Of a stretch of 64,000 nt of DNA, positions 55,771-64,000 are shown one piece after another. The stretch spans positions 1 to 64,000 of the IMG/VR virus record IMGVR_UViG_3300032285_003287; one strand, written 5' to 3'. Position 1 is the first letter of the stretch. The number at the start of each line of letters is the position of its first letter. The notes beneath the pieces were generated by a model, which was given only the letters and a program-made list of their open reading frames with translations, was not told the DNA's origin and searched no databases. A program made the position numbers and the translations under genes. The DNA is from a virus.

Positions 55771-56862
55771 ATGTCTAGAAATCGTATCATTTATAATGTT
55801 TTAGCACTGTACGCCGGAAAGAATAACGCCATTAGTGGTAGTCATTCCAATGCTGGCGATATCAAGCAATTAACTCGCGTTCAGTCCTTTGACGAGGATT
55901 TCGCTAGAAATTTAACTAACGTTAACCAGTATGGAAACCTAGCTGCTATCGATCGTATCGAGATTACAGCTCCTACAGTTAAATCTAGTTTCTCTTACTA
56001 TATTACAGATGGAGGTAATGAAAACTTTGTTGGATTGAATGTTGCTACCGGATCTCAGTCGCTAGTATCGTGCGTTTCTGGGTATCTAACCAAAGCAACT
56101 GATCAGAAAAACTATTTCCTGCTAATTTCCGATGAGGGCCATGATGCCGCTGGATATACAAACGCCAGAACTGGAGTTATTGGAATTGGGAATGGTTTCT
56201 TAACGTCGTATGATGTTGAGGCGGCAGTTGGACAGATTCCTAAGGCGACCGTACAGCTGGAAGCCCTAAATGTTAGAGTTTACTCGAATGCAGACGGCAC
56301 AAATGATGTTCCTGCAGTTAACCCAATTAACGGTCTACCTGTTACTGGAGTTCCATTCTTAATCCCAGCTGGACATACAAATGACAGTAATACACAGATT
56401 TCCGCGTTACAGCCCGGAGATATTACTCTAGATATCAATGGTCTAATTGGAGTTAATAAGGATGACTTAAAGATACAGAACTTTAAGCTAAATATCCCAT
56501 TAGCCCGTCAGCCTATCATGCGCCTTGGCAACAAGTTTGCATTCACACGTGAAATTCAGTGGCCAGTTAAAACAACCTTCTCGATCGATGCCGAGCTTGG
56601 AGATATTCAAGATGGCAATCTAGCAGACGTTCTTTGCCAGACTGGAACATATGACATTAATGTAGGCTTCCGTAAGCCAGACTGTTCTGGACATGGACAG
56701 CAGGCATTAGTATATAACTTCCGTGGTGCTAAGCTTCTGAATCAGAAGGTTAATACAAGCCTAGGACAGAACGCTAAGTTTACAGCAGAATTCGAGGCCC
56801 AGATTGGTGCGCCTGAAGATCTTGCTCACGGAGTATTTATCTCTGGAACATACGCAGCTTAA
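55771..56862 (+). CDS. major tail (tube) protein
   Basis: Beta-rich, followed by a terminator, upstream of chaperones and TMP. Confidence 0.7.
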   Translation: MSRNRIIYNVLALYAGKNNAISGSHSNAGDIKQLTRVQSFDEDFARNLTNVNQYGNLAAIDRIEITAPTVKSSFSYYITDGGNENFVGLNVATGSQSLVSCVSGYLTKATDQKNYFLLISDEGHDAAGYTNARTGVIGIGNGFLTSYDVEAAVGQIPKATVQLEALNVRVYSNADGTNDVPAVNPINGLPVTGVPFLIPAGHTNDSNTQISALQPGDITLDINGLIGVNKDDLKIQNFKLNIPLARQPIMRLGNKFAFTREIQWPVKTTFSIDAELGDIQDGNLADVLCQTGTYDINVGFRKPDCSGHGQQALVYNFRGAKLLNQKVNTSLGQNAKFTAEFEAQIGAPEDLAHGVFISGTYAA

Positions 56863-56886
56863 TTAAATATTAATTAATAAATAAAG

Positions 56887-56917
56887 AAAACGGGTGCCTA
56901 ACGGTGCCCGTTTTTTT
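56887..56917 (+). terminator. intrinsic terminator
   Basis: aaaacgggtgcc-taac-ggtgcccgttttttt. Confidence 0.85.
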
Positions 56918-56969
56918 GTATAAGTGTAATAGTGTATGGTATAATAAGGTAAGCAAAGGAACAAGGTTA

Positions 56970-57203
56970 ATGAAAATAGAAATTAATAATTTCGTTGTTG
57001 GCGCCGTGTCAAACGAAGTAAAAAAACTTTATCTGTCTGTGCTATATTCCGCTGAGGACCTAGCTAGACAGGGAAAAATTAGTGATGAGGATTTTCAGTT
57101 CTTGCGTAAGCGCATTTTAGACCATGGCAATAATGCTATAAGAAATCTTGAGTTACAATTAGATAATTTTGATTTTGCTTTTAAAAATACACAAAATAAA
57201 TAA
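56970..57203 (+). CDS. hypothetical protein
   Basis: MKIEINN...LRKRILDHGNNAIR. Confidence 0.7.
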   Translation: MKIEINNFVVGAVSNEVKKLYLSVLYSAEDLARQGKISDEDFQFLRKRILDHGNNAIRNLELQLDNFDFAFKNTQNK

Positions 57204-57208
57204 TATAT

Positions 57209-58018
57209 ATGACGACCACCAATAACGCAACAAAGAAATGGTATTACGAATTTAGCTCTACGGACAAGGAGACTAGTAAGGAGAGCAAATATGCTATATT
57301 GAAGCCAAACCGCAGAATCCGCGAGGATGGAGAGCTTTTCTTTGCTAGTGAGACATCAAGATTTGCAAAAGCGGGAGTTCTGCCCAAGGCCGCATGGAAT
57401 ACAATTCTATCTAATGGTGGCGGCAGTATTAGTGAGAGCGAGCGCGAAAGTTATGGCAAGCTCCTATTGAATTATAGAGATAGAAGCTTTGAGTTACAGG
57501 CTATACTTGTAAAGAGCGAGGGTAATAGAACCGAACAAGAGAACAAGAGGCTTGACGAGATCATTATTGAACTTGAGGCGATTAAAAAAGATATTCAGAG
57601 TTTTGAGGCAGAGCAAATCAATATTTTTGAAAATACTGCGGAAGCAAAGTCCAGAAATCGTACGATTTTATGGTGGGTTCTACAGTTAGCATATAAGCAT
57701 GAGGACGATAAGTACGTACCATTTTTTGATGGTGAAACTTTTAACGAGAAGTTGGATAACTATGATATAATTGAGGAGACAGGTAACGTAGAGTTGTCAG
57801 ATGTTATCAAGCGTTTTACGTATCTAACTACGCTATGGTTCTTGGGTAGGATTGAGACTACCGAAGACTTTGAAGCTTTTGATAAAGACTATTTAAAGCC
57901 AACTGATTCCGCGAAAGAGTCGGTAGAGGAGTCGGTAAAAACTGACGTTACTATTACTAGTCCAGAGGTAAAAGATGAGCCAAAGGACGAGCCAAAACAG
58001 GAACCGAAAGCTGAATAG
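57209..58018 (+). CDS. putative tail assembly chaperone
   Basis: Acidic helical protein between tail tube and TMP. Confidence 0.55.
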   Translation: MTTTNNATKKWYYEFSSTDKETSKESKYAILKPNRRIREDGELFFASETSRFAKAGVLPKAAWNTILSNGGGSISESERESYGKLLLNYRDRSFELQAILVKSEGNRTEQENKRLDEIIIELEAIKKDIQSFEAEQINIFENTAEAKSRNRTILWWVLQLAYKHEDDKYVPFFDGETFNEKLDNYDIIEETGNVELSDVIKRFTYLTTLWFLGRIETTEDFEAFDKDYLKPTDSAKESVEESVKTDVTITSPEVKDEPKDEPKQEPKAE

Positions 58019-58024
58019 TAATGT

Positions 58025-59059
58025 GTGGAAAATAACCCGGCACAATATGGCGGAATATATAGCGATATAGCTAGGGGGTTTTCTGAAAAAATAATTGCTG
58101 GAAGGGAGTATTTTTTTAAGCACCCAACCCAAGCGGAGCATTTCGAGGTATTTAGCCGTTATAATTTCATTTTAAATGATGCAAAAAAACGTGGTCTACC
58201 TACCGAAGACGAGAAGATAAAAGATGCTATAAAAAATGGTTGGTGGCTAGCTGACAAGGAGAACCGTTTCCTGCAGCTACGCGAGTCTATAAAAAATTTA
58301 AAAAAAACAAAAGATAATCTATTGCTACCCTCGCAAAAAGACCAAATACAGTCACAAATAGATAGAAATAATTTTATATTAGTAACATTTATTAAAGAGC
58401 GCAATGAGGTTGTTGGATATACTGCAGAAAAGTATGCCAACGAGCGCCTATACGACGAAACACTGCTGTCTTTAACCTTTAAAAATAGGGAGATGACCGA
58501 AAGGGTGTTCAGTGACCCAGATGAGTATTATTATTTATCTGATGACGCCGTGGAAAAGGTAAGAGATGCTTTCCATGGTAATGCCGACCTGTTCGCTGGT
58601 AATATGATTAAATATGTTGCTGCATCGACATTTTTTCAGAATATGTTGTATGTAACTCAAGAATGTGACGCGTTTCATTTTTGGGGGACGCCAGCAAGCA
58701 AATGTACTAAATATCAGATTGATCTTTTGATTAATGGTAAGATGTATAAACAGGCAGTTAAAAGCGAGGCAGAAAGGGGTAAGAGTATTCCAGATGAGGT
58801 AATGTCTGATCCTGTTAAATTTGTTACTTGGTATGAGGCCAGAAGCGCAAATCTGGAAATGGAAAGCTCGTCTTCCGGTTCAAGCGTGGGGAGTTCTTCT
58901 ACTGCCGTATCTAGTTTTGTTGGGGCAACATCCGAAGACTTAAAAAAAATGGGCGTTAAGGTTCAAAAAATAAAAGGGAAGAGCCTATTGGAAATGGCCG
59001 AGGAGAGCGGCGGTGTACTTGAAAAACACCAATATCTCAATGCAAGAGATGGTAATTAA
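58025..59059 (+). CDS. putative tail assembly chaperone 2
   Basis: Immediately before TMP. Confidence 0.55.
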   Translation: MENNPAQYGGIYSDIARGFSEKIIAGREYFFKHPTQAEHFEVFSRYNFILNDAKKRGLPTEDEKIKDAIKNGWWLADKENRFLQLRESIKNLKKTKDNLLLPSQKDQIQSQIDRNNFILVTFIKERNEVVGYTAEKYANERLYDETLLSLTFKNREMTERVFSDPDEYYYLSDDAVEKVRDAFHGNADLFAGNMIKYVAASTFFQNMLYVTQECDAFHFWGTPASKCTKYQIDLLINGKMYKQAVKSEAERGKSIPDEVMSDPVKFVTWYEARSANLEMESSSSGSSVGSSSTAVSSFVGATSEDLKKMGVKVQKIKGKSLLEMAEESGGVLEKHQYLNARDGN

Positions 59060-59100
59060 TGTGTAAATATCATAGAGCCTAATAAGCTCGGCAAAAGGAT

Positions 59101-62100
59101 ATGGCACTAGATACCACACTAAAAATTTCATTAGATTCTAGACAAGCTGAACAGCAAATAGATAGGCTTACTAGTAAAAACTATGGAATAAAGCTAAATA
59201 TTGATTCGCAGCCACTCGGTCGTATAACTGGGCAGCTTAGTGAGTTTAATAAGTCTCTGGATGCTGCAAATGCGCGTGTAGTGGCTTTCGGTGCAAGTGC
59301 TGGGGCGATAGCGATTCTAGAGAAATCTTTTCGTGCGCTTATAGATTCCGCAATAGAGGTACAAAAATCACTAAAGGACATTCAGGTTGTCATGGATTCC
59401 TCAGATGCGGCTATTAATAAGTTTGGTAAAAGCCTATTTGATGTAGCTAAGAATACCGGTCAAAGTTTTGCGGTTGTCGCAGAGGCAGCAACCGAGTTAT
59501 CTCGTCAGGGATTAACAATGGAAGAAACCCTCAAGAGAACTAATGAGGCTCTAATATTATCTAGATTAAGCGGACTAGGCGCAGCAGAGAGCGTTAGGAC
59601 GTTAACTGCAACTGTTAACTCTTTTTCCGCGCAAGCCGTAACTGCAAGCGAGGTTATTAATAAGTTTGCAAATGTTGATGCAGCGTTTGCGGTAAGTTCA
59701 AAAGATTTGGCCGAGGGTATAAGCAGAGTTGGCGCTAGTGCCGCGCAGTCTGGTGTTTCTATTGATGAGCTTATAGCATTGATAACTTCTGCGCAACAGG
59801 TGACCGCGAGAGGCGGCGCCGTAATAGGAAACTCTTTTAAGACAATATTTACGCGCTTGGAGCGTGGAAAAACTCAAGACCTATTAGAAAGCCTAGGAGT
59901 GAGCACGAAAGATTCCGAAGGAAAACTGAAGACCAGTATAGAAATGCTGAAAGACTTGGCTAGAGTATATGGAACATTAAATTCTGGAAAGCAGGCTGAA
60001 GTTGCGGAAAAAGTGGGCGGAGTATTCCAAATTAACATTTTAAAAGCTGCATTGGGAGACTTGGGTAAGCAATATTCTATATATGATAATGCATTAAAAA
60101 TTTCTGCAAGTTCTACCGATGAGGCTATACAGCGTAATGAGAAATTAAATGAAACTTATGCTGCGCAAATAAATAGATTACAGCAGAGCGCCACGCAGTT
60201 AGCTGCTTCGGCTGGCAAGCAAGTTTTTGGCCCAAGCATGGATAGAATACTGGGCGCTGGAAATGGTATTTTAGATAGTTTAAATAATGTTGATAGTTCT
60301 AGTATTGGAGCAAAACTTGGAAAGGGAATTCTAGATGGTATCGGTCAAATACTTGCTGGACCGGGACTAGTAATGATTGGAGGGGTCGTAATTAAGTTGC
60401 TTGGGGATTTCTCCAAGTTCGCAAGTGGTAGTGTTAAGGAACTTTTGGGGTTGAATGGGGCAAGTAAGGAACAGGCTGCTATTCAAGCTAGTATTACAAA
60501 ACTTTTAGAAAAAAATCCTAGTTTATTAGCGCAAATAAATAGCGAAGCAAAAACACAAAATGACCAAGCTAAAATACTTCTAGATTTTTATACAAAGCAG
60601 ACGGCCCAGATGGAGTTGCAGTCCAAACTAACTTCGCAAATTGCGGCTCAGCTTTATACCGGCGGCGTTCGTATGGGGTCAGAAGGAGTACCAGTAAAGA
60701 AAAAAGCAGAAGGATACATTCCCGAGTTCGCAAGTGAAGAGGCGCAAGCAAAAATGCTTGGTGCAAAAAGCCCACGCGCAATGTGGAGTAGCGGAACTAT
60801 TGGTGGACAAAAATTTATTAAGAATAGCGAAGAAGATGAGATCGTTGGATATGGTCGCAATGGCGATTCGGCAGTTATACCTAGATATAGTGCTGGATAT
60901 ATACCTAATTTTGCTGGACTAGCTTTAACTAGTGCTGGGCCAGGTTTGTTTACGGTAAATGGGCCAAAACAAGGGGGACGTGGTAATTTTACTACTTCTC
61001 CAATGGGTGCTGGTGCTATATTAAAATCTTATAGAAAAGATTTATCTGCAGATCAAAAAAGTATTTTGGAGTCAGAAATTACTAGAAAAGAAATTCAAAC
61101 CTCTTCTGCTGATGATTTATTAACTATCGGGAAAGGTGCAAATAAAAAAGTTGATTTAAATAATCTAGATTTATCTAGTGTGGATCCCAGTATTAGTAGT
61201 AAATTTGGAATATTTTTCCCCAATTCTGGTGGGTCGGAACTACCCATAAGACAGAGAGCTAGCGAGATTACCGCTTTGAATGGTTTGCCGGTTAAGGGTG
61301 CCGTAGTAACAAAATTAAAAACTGCGCCTATATTCCCTTTAAATGAAAAAGAAAGTGATTTTGATAATATTTTAGAGAAGCAATTTTTGCCCCCATTTAA
61401 ATATTTATCCGAACAAATACTTAATACATTTAAACCTGGATCTAAGCTTTCAGCTGAGCCTGATGTAAATAGCGCGTTCACATCTTCTGTAAGGGGTAGT
61501 ATTTTTGAGAAGGCCGTGGGCGCAGCAACAGCTAAAACTACAGAGATATTTAAAGAGTCAAACGAATCAGACCAAGACCCTTTTGATTATGCACCTTTAA
61601 GCAATTATAAATTTTTAGCCTCAAAGCTGGGGGTTTCTACCGCAGCTGAAGCGAAGCTTTCGGTTAGCGCCGCGCATAACTTGCCAGCTAAAATTTTAGC
61701 TTATGATTCAGGCGCTTTATCTAAATTAAAAGATAAAATTTATCAAAAAATTAATAGTGAAAAAAATATCCGTACAGCCGCTTCTGGTTATATTCCAAAC
61801 TTTGCCGATGCGCTACATGAATCGATAGCCCGTGAAATTGGTGCCGGTGCGCCAGCGGATGAAATTTATGTTAAAAAATATGGACAACTAGCAAGCGAAA
61901 ATAATCCAGATGGTTATGGAGTATTTAACAAGCGCGACGAAGGTAGCGTGTCTAGAGAAATGCGCGCAATGCGTAAAAGGGGATATGCTCGTGGTTATAT
62001 ACCTAATTTTGCAGAGGATAGTTCTGGAACCGGATCTGGGGGCGTAGTATCTGGCGGCGCAACGGCACTAGTAGATCTAGCGTTTGCAATGTCTATATTT

Positions 62101-64000
62101 AAAAATAGTTCAAATGAGGCAAGACAAGCAACTCTAGAAAAATCAATAGCATTAAAAGAAGAAAAAATAGCTCAAATTCAGTCACAAGAAGCAATAATAA
62201 AAACAAGACAGGCATTTATAGATGCAAATAAAGATATTCTAAATATGTCTAACGCGGTAATGAATGCAAGTAGAGATATTGGCTTTGCAAATCAGAAAAT
62301 ACAGGAGCTTAGTAAAAGATCGTTCAGTGAAAAATTTACAGATACAAAAATATCCGTAGAAAATAGCCGGGCCTATCAAGGTGCAAGTAAGTTCTTATCC
62401 GGTAAGGGTGGTACCGCGTTAACTTTCGCGCCAATCGTCGCAGGACAAATTTCAGAATTAATACCACAGAATTCGCAAGGCGGCAGGGGCGCGGCGCAAG
62501 CTGTTTCGTCTATTGGCAATATTGCATCGTATGCGGGGGCAGGTGGAATGTTGGGCGGACCAGTTGGAGCAGGGGTTGGTTTGGCTGCTGGAGCGATATT
62601 GGAAGTGCCTAAAGTAATAGAGGCATTTACCACTAAGCTTCCGGAGCTACAGGAAAAATCAGATAAAGATAGAAATAAATACAATGAATTAGACGCTAGG
62701 TCAAAAAATTATTTAAATGCATCTTCTGCTTATGACGAAGCATTAAAGAGTGGTAACTCTAACCAACAAGAGTTGAAAAAACTATCTCAAGCGAAGCAGG
62801 CGTCTTTTCAGCAGTATTCCCCTGAGGAACAAATGAGGTTATTAAAAGCTAGAAAACAGGGCGGTAGTGAGGCTGAATATGAAGAGGTGGGCAACATGAC
62901 TAGAGAGAGTGCAGAACAGGTATCTTCTTCTGATAGGGCATTGAAGCAAAGAACATTTCTAGAAAAAGACAAAAGAGAAATTACATTTGGATCTGAAGCG
63001 GCAAAAGATACTGCTGGGGCATTAATTTCCCAAATTACATCTGGAAAAACAGGCGCTCAGGGACTGGAAGCTTTAAAAAATATTAATATAAAAGATTTAA
63101 TTAGCAGCGAAGATAAAAATGAAAACCAGTATGCTAGAGCAGAGAGATTTGGTGGAGTTCTAACTAAAGCCATGGGCGGAGAAAATATTTCGGAACAGGA
63201 TAGCGAGTTTGTAAAAAATATAACAAATAAACTGGCTACTGGAAATCCGGAAGCGGCAGCTGCAACCATGCAGCAATTAGCGGAAAAAATATTAAAACTA
63301 AGGGAAGCTGCGTTTGAAGGCGCGAAGGCAGATGAGGAAGCTGCAGCGCTAGCTACTCAGGCAGCAGAAAAAAGAAAGCAGGAGATGGAGGCTATACGTC
63401 AGAATGCTAGTGCAATAGAAAAACAAATTGGATTAATACAACAGGCGACAGCGGCGTACGAGCAGAAGGCCGAGTTTAACATGGAACGCGGGCAAAATAA
63501 AAGAAACTTTTCCACTGAAATGACACAAACACGCAGGTCTAATATGGAAGAAATAGTTTCAAGTATAACTGGAAATACCATGTTGGGCGCGCGCGAACAG
63601 GGTGCAAATAAAATTTCTACTATAAACGAAAACGCTGCAAATAAAGAGGCAGATATTATTGATAAGATGAAGCTTGATGTCGCTAAAGGCGTGAGCAAGC
63701 AGTATATGAATGTTTACGATGTAGATAAAAAGAAGTCTTCTGGTGCCCCAACGGACATTCAGTCACAGGGTGATAATATCAAACCATTAATGAAGAATTC
63801 CTTTAGTGGCATAGAAAGCTATACGGACGCGCCTAGAGATGTTAGGCAGGGTTATATAGAATCTGTTGGTGCAAATGAAATTAATAGACAATCAAAAACA
63901 ATTGCCGGAGTTCAGGGTGCTTATGAACAATATGTTAAAAGTGACGGAAAGCAGGGCGATCAAGATAAGTTCAGGGCTGCACTAGCGGAGCACTTCGGCA
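59101..64000 (+). CDS. tail tape measure protein (TP901-like core), truncated by the window end
   Basis: ATG 59101; LFDVAKNTGQSF..VAEAATELSRQG...ALILSRLSG, KFANVDAAFAVSSKDLAEG, GGAVIGNSFKTIFTR; missing from the ORF track, consistent with having no stop in the window. Confidence 0.92.
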   Translation, partial: MALDTTLKISLDSRQAEQQIDRLTSKNYGIKLNIDSQPLGRITGQLSEFNKSLDAANARVVAFGASAGAIAILEKSFRALIDSAIEVQKSLKDIQVVMDSSDAAINKFGKSLFDVAKNTGQSFAVVAEAATELSRQGLTMEETLKRTNEALILSRLSGLGAAESVRTLTATVNSFSAQAVTASEVINKFANVDAAFAVSSKDLAEGISRVGASAAQSGVSIDELIALITSAQQVTARGGAVIGNSFKTIFTRLERGKTQDLLESLGVSTKDSEGKLKTSIEMLKDLARVYGTLNSGKQAEVAEKVGGVFQINILKAALGDLGKQYSIYDNALKISASSTDEAIQRNEKLNETYAAQINRLQQSATQLAASAGKQVFGPSMDRILGAGNGILDSLNNVDSSSIGAKLGKGILDGIGQILAGPGLVMIGGVVIKLLGDFSKFASGSVKELLGLNGASKEQAAIQASITKLLEKNPSLLAQINSEAKTQNDQAKILLDFYTKQTAQMELQSKLTSQIAAQLYTGGVRMGSEGVPVKKKAEGYIPEFASEEAQAKMLGAKSPRAMWSSGTIGGQKFIKNSEEDEIVGYGRNGDSAVIPRYSAGYIPNFAGLALTSAGPGLFTVNGPKQGGRGNFTTSPMGAGAILKSYRKDLSADQKSILESEITRKEIQTSSADDLLTIGKGANKKVDLNNLDLSSVDPSISSKFGIFFPNSGGSELPIRQRASEITALNGLPVKGAVVTKLKTAPIFPLNEKESDFDNILEKQFLPPFKYLSEQILNTFKPGSKLSAEPDVNSAFTSSVRGSIFEKAVGAATAKTTEIFKESNESDQDPFDYAPLSNYKFLASKLGVSTAAEAKLSVSAAHNLPAKILAYDSGALSKLKDKIYQKINSEKNIRTAASGYIPNFADALHESIAREIGAGAPADEIYVKKYGQLASENNPDGYGVFNKRDEGSVSREMRAMRKRGYARGYIPNFAEDSSGTGSGGVVSGGATALVDLAFAMSIFKNSSNEARQATLEKSIALKEEKIAQIQSQEAIIKTRQAFIDANKDILNMSNAVMNASRDIGFANQKIQELSKRSFSEKFTDTKISVENSRAYQGASKFLSGKGGTALTFAPIVAGQISELIPQNSQGGRGAAQAVSSIGNIASYAGAGGMLGGPVGAGVGLAAGAILEVPKVIEAFTTKLPELQEKSDKDRNKYNELDARSKNYLNASSAYDEALKSGNSNQQELKKLSQAKQASFQQYSPEEQMRLLKARKQGGSEAEYEEVGNMTRESAEQVSSSDRALKQRTFLEKDKREITFGSEAAKDTAGALISQITSGKTGAQGLEALKNINIKDLISSEDKNENQYARAERFGGVLTKAMGGENISEQDSEFVKNITNKLATGNPEAAAATMQQLAEKILKLREAAFEGAKADEEAAALATQAAEKRKQEMEAIRQNASAIEKQIGLIQQATAAYEQKAEFNMERGQNKRNFSTEMTQTRRSNMEEIVSSITGNTMLGAREQGANKISTINENAANKEADIIDKMKLDVAKGVSKQYMNVYDVDKKKSSGAPTDIQSQGDNIKPLMKNSFSGIESYTDAPRDVRQGYIESVGANEINRQSKTIAGVQGAYEQYVKSDGKQGDQDKFRAALAEHFG

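Noticed and set aside
57209-59059. Programmed frameshift or readthrough between the tail chaperone genes
   Set aside because: The ORFs are in the same frame but separated by TAG-TAA, and I saw no clear slippery heptamer
1-64000. Prophage with host flanks or an integrase
   Set aside because: No integrase, repressor or host housekeeping operon is seen; the whole window is phage-like

Overview
A 64-kb segment of a large, AT-rich, tailed dsDNA phage, probably siphovirus-like. The host is most likely in the Verrucomicrobiota, judged from a Verru_Chthon-type pilin-like gene, autotransporter-associated beta-strand repeats and absent Shine-Dalgarno sites. Three zones are visible. (1) 1-8 kb: small accessory genes, many behind an identical 38-bp sigma70 promoter repeat that gives leaderless mRNAs, plus HNH nucleases, YopX and a glycosyltransferase. 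(2) ~8-30 kb: a GC-richer early/host-takeover zone with UvsE, RuvB, rIIA/rIIB, nine tRNAs (including Ser-ACT and a long-variable-arm Ile-TAT), two HhH glycosylase-like genes, DUF932, Gp88 and many tiny proteins. This zone is punctuated by 12 copies of a fixed-geometry element: a 15-bp GC palindrome (CCGGG-CGGGG-CCCGG) exactly 4 bp from a 27-bp IHF-like/recombinase-like dyad (GTAAGTCGTTGATnnTCAACnACTTAY). (3) 30-64 kb: GT61, Hsp20, a phosphoesterase, PhoH, a phage sigma factor, an ERCC4 nuclease, terminase, portal, fibre proteins, a lysis cassette, protease/scaffold, capsid, neck and tail genes, and a tape-measure protein that runs off the window and carries a nuclease-like insert bounded by GYIPNFA repeats. 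A candidate late promoter, GTGTAA-N8-start, recurs. The strongest candidates for new biology are the fixed-geometry repeat/cassette system and the cargo-bearing tape measure protein. All family calls come from motifs recognised by eye; no searches were run.
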